Source: an uncultured Planctomycetales bacterium (GTDB lineage Bacteria > 4484-113 > JAFGCY01). From it: a DNA stretch of 32,962 nt. The position numbers and the translations under genes are program-made. The stretch is taken from assembly GCA_964465955.1 (NCBI GenBank), contig CAYXMN010000005.1, forward strand, positions 1 through 32,962. Direction: 5' to 3'. Below the pieces are notes generated by a model that saw only the letters and a list, made by a program, of their open reading frames with translations, did not search any database and had not been told where the DNA came from. This document shows, one piece after another, positions 31,664 through 32,962 of the stretch. Within the stretch, counting starts at the first letter, position 1, and the number at the start of each line of letters is the position of its first letter.

Positions 31664-32938
31664 GTGCATGTGCTGCTCGTCTACATGTATTACCTGCGCC
31701 CCGGCGACCCCGGCATCAAGCGCCACAACGAGTTCGCGCGGCTGTGGGCGGAGGAGCACGGGCTTAAAGTCACCGTGCTGGCGATGCCGGCGCACAACAA
31801 CAGCGGCGAGTTCTACCCGGACTGCGTCGGCCGGCGCGTGACCCATGAGCGCGACGGCGCTGTGGACGTATGGCGCGTGAGGATGCCGGACACCTGGCGC
31901 AAAGGCTACCTCGGGCGCACCTGGGCGCAGCATAGCTGGGCGCGGAATGCGCGCGCCGTGCTGCGCGAGCTGGACGGCGCCCCGCCGGACGTGGTGGTCG
32001 CCTCCAGCCCGCCGCTATGGGCCGTCGCGCCGGGCATCGCGGCCCAGCGCCGCTGGCGCATCCCGCTGGTGCTGGAGATCCGCGACATCTGGCCCGAGGC
32101 CATTGTGCGCTTCGGCTTGGCGGGGCCGCGCCATCCCGCGGTACAAGTGCTCGCAAGGCTGGAGCGCCAGGCGCACCGCGCGGCGGACCACGTGGTCAAC
32201 ATCTTCGAGGGCCACCGGCAGAACCTGCTCCAGCGCGGGCTCGTCGCGGAGTCCGCCGCGACGGTGATCCCACACGGCGTGCTGCTGGAACCGTTCGACG
32301 AGCTGCCCGCGGGCACGCGCGAGCGGATGCGCGCCAAGCTCGGCGTGGGCGCGGACCAGGTGCTGGCAATGTACGCCGGGGCGCACGGGCCGATGTACAA
32401 CCTGCACGATTTGATCGAGGTGGCGGAAGCGCTGCGCGGGCGGGAGGACATTAAGTTCGCCACCATCGGCGAGGGTTTCGAGCGCGCGCAACTGATGGAG
32501 GAGGCGGCGCGGCGCGGCCTGAACAACCTGCGCTTCCTCGGCCCGGTGCCGTCGAGCGAGGTGCCGGCATACTTAAGCGCGGCGGACATCGCGCTGAGCT
32601 TTGTCAACCACAAGGTGCTGACGGGCACGAACAGCCAGACCCACGGCGCGTTCCGCAACGCGCTGTTCGACTACGCCGCCGCGCGGCTGCCGGTGGTGTT
32701 TAACGACGCGGGCTATGCCGTGCAGGAGGTGCAGGACCGCGCTAAAGCCGGGCTGTACGCGGACACGCGCGCGGGCGCGGGGGAGTTCGCCGCGCACGTG
32801 ACACGCCTGGCGGACAACGCGGCGCTGCGGCGCGAGATGGGGGAGAACAACTACCGCGAGATCGCCGTGCGCTACAACCGGCGCAAAATGGCGCAGGTGT
32901 ACGTGGAGATATTTAAACGGGTGGCGGCAGGGAAGTAA
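31664..32938 (+). CDS. Glycosyltransferase family 4 (WbuB-like)
   Basis: The N-terminus HVLLVYMYYLRPGDPGIKRHNEFARLW, the segment IRDIWPEA, and the C-terminal GEGFERAQLMEEAARRGLNNLRFLGPVPSSEVPAYLSAADIAL are typical of WbuB-type GT4 enzymes. Confidence 0.85.
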   Translation: MHVLLVYMYYLRPGDPGIKRHNEFARLWAEEHGLKVTVLAMPAHNNSGEFYPDCVGRRVTHERDGAVDVWRVRMPDTWRKGYLGRTWAQHSWARNARAVLRELDGAPPDVVVASSPPLWAVAPGIAAQRRWRIPLVLEIRDIWPEAIVRFGLAGPRHPAVQVLARLERQAHRAADHVVNIFEGHRQNLLQRGLVAESAATVIPHGVLLEPFDELPAGTRERMRAKLGVGADQVLAMYAGAHGPMYNLHDLIEVAEALRGREDIKFATIGEGFERAQLMEEAARRGLNNLRFLGPVPSSEVPAYLSAADIALSFVNHKVLTGTNSQTHGAFRNALFDYAAARLPVVFNDAGYAVQEVQDRAKAGLYADTRAGAGEFAAHVTRLADNAALRREMGENNYREIAVRYNRRKMAQVYVEIFKRVAAGK

Positions 32939-32962
32939 CGTCGCGTGTCTCGGTGGCGCGGG

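Noticed and set aside
1-32962. Scan for tRNA, rRNA, CRISPR arrays, IS elements, integrases, inverted-repeat termini and toxin-antitoxin or defence genes
   Set aside because: Nothing recognisable was found. The long intergenic regions (2659-2990, 7646-7840, 8081-8179, 29050-29161) look like promoter or terminator space rather than RNA genes or mobile-element ends.

Overview
GC-rich (about two-thirds G+C by eye, not computed) bacterial chromosomal window from an organism with lipoproteins and an RseP-type protease; phylum uncertain. The left half (1-16.8 kb) is mostly housekeeping: a partial RRM RNA-binding protein, RseP site-2 protease, ThiL, a purine nucleoside phosphorylase, LexA, a MeaB/ArgK GTPase, thymidylate kinase and RuvC/RuvA. 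Orphan secreted or membrane proteins and an NHL-repeat lipoprotein are interspersed. The right half (16.8-33 kb) is a Wzx/Wzy-type exopolysaccharide locus: an MBOAT O-acyltransferase with two tandem SGNH-like partners, a flippase, a polymerase, a Wzc-like co-polymerase with a degenerate kinase domain, three to four glycosyltransferases and a large beta-propeller lipoprotein. Three things stand out. (1) A tetrahaem c-type cytochrome lipoprotein gene is interrupted by one in-frame TGA. A hairpin follows whose apical GGUCUGC sits in the same register as the E. coli fdhF SECIS as I recall it, so I predict a selenoprotein with a C-G-U motif. (2) Two small stand-alone MshEN (T2SSE_N)-like genes each have their own promoter. 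One carries a near-perfect bipartite c-di-GMP-binding motif. (3) A -10 box lies 6-7 nt before the start codon of several genes, implying leaderless mRNAs. This includes lexA, where a dyad lies inside a consensus TTGACG-17-TATAAT promoter. I recognised no rRNA, tRNA, CRISPR array, IS element or integrase. Many long ORFs in the track are antisense artefacts of the high GC content.
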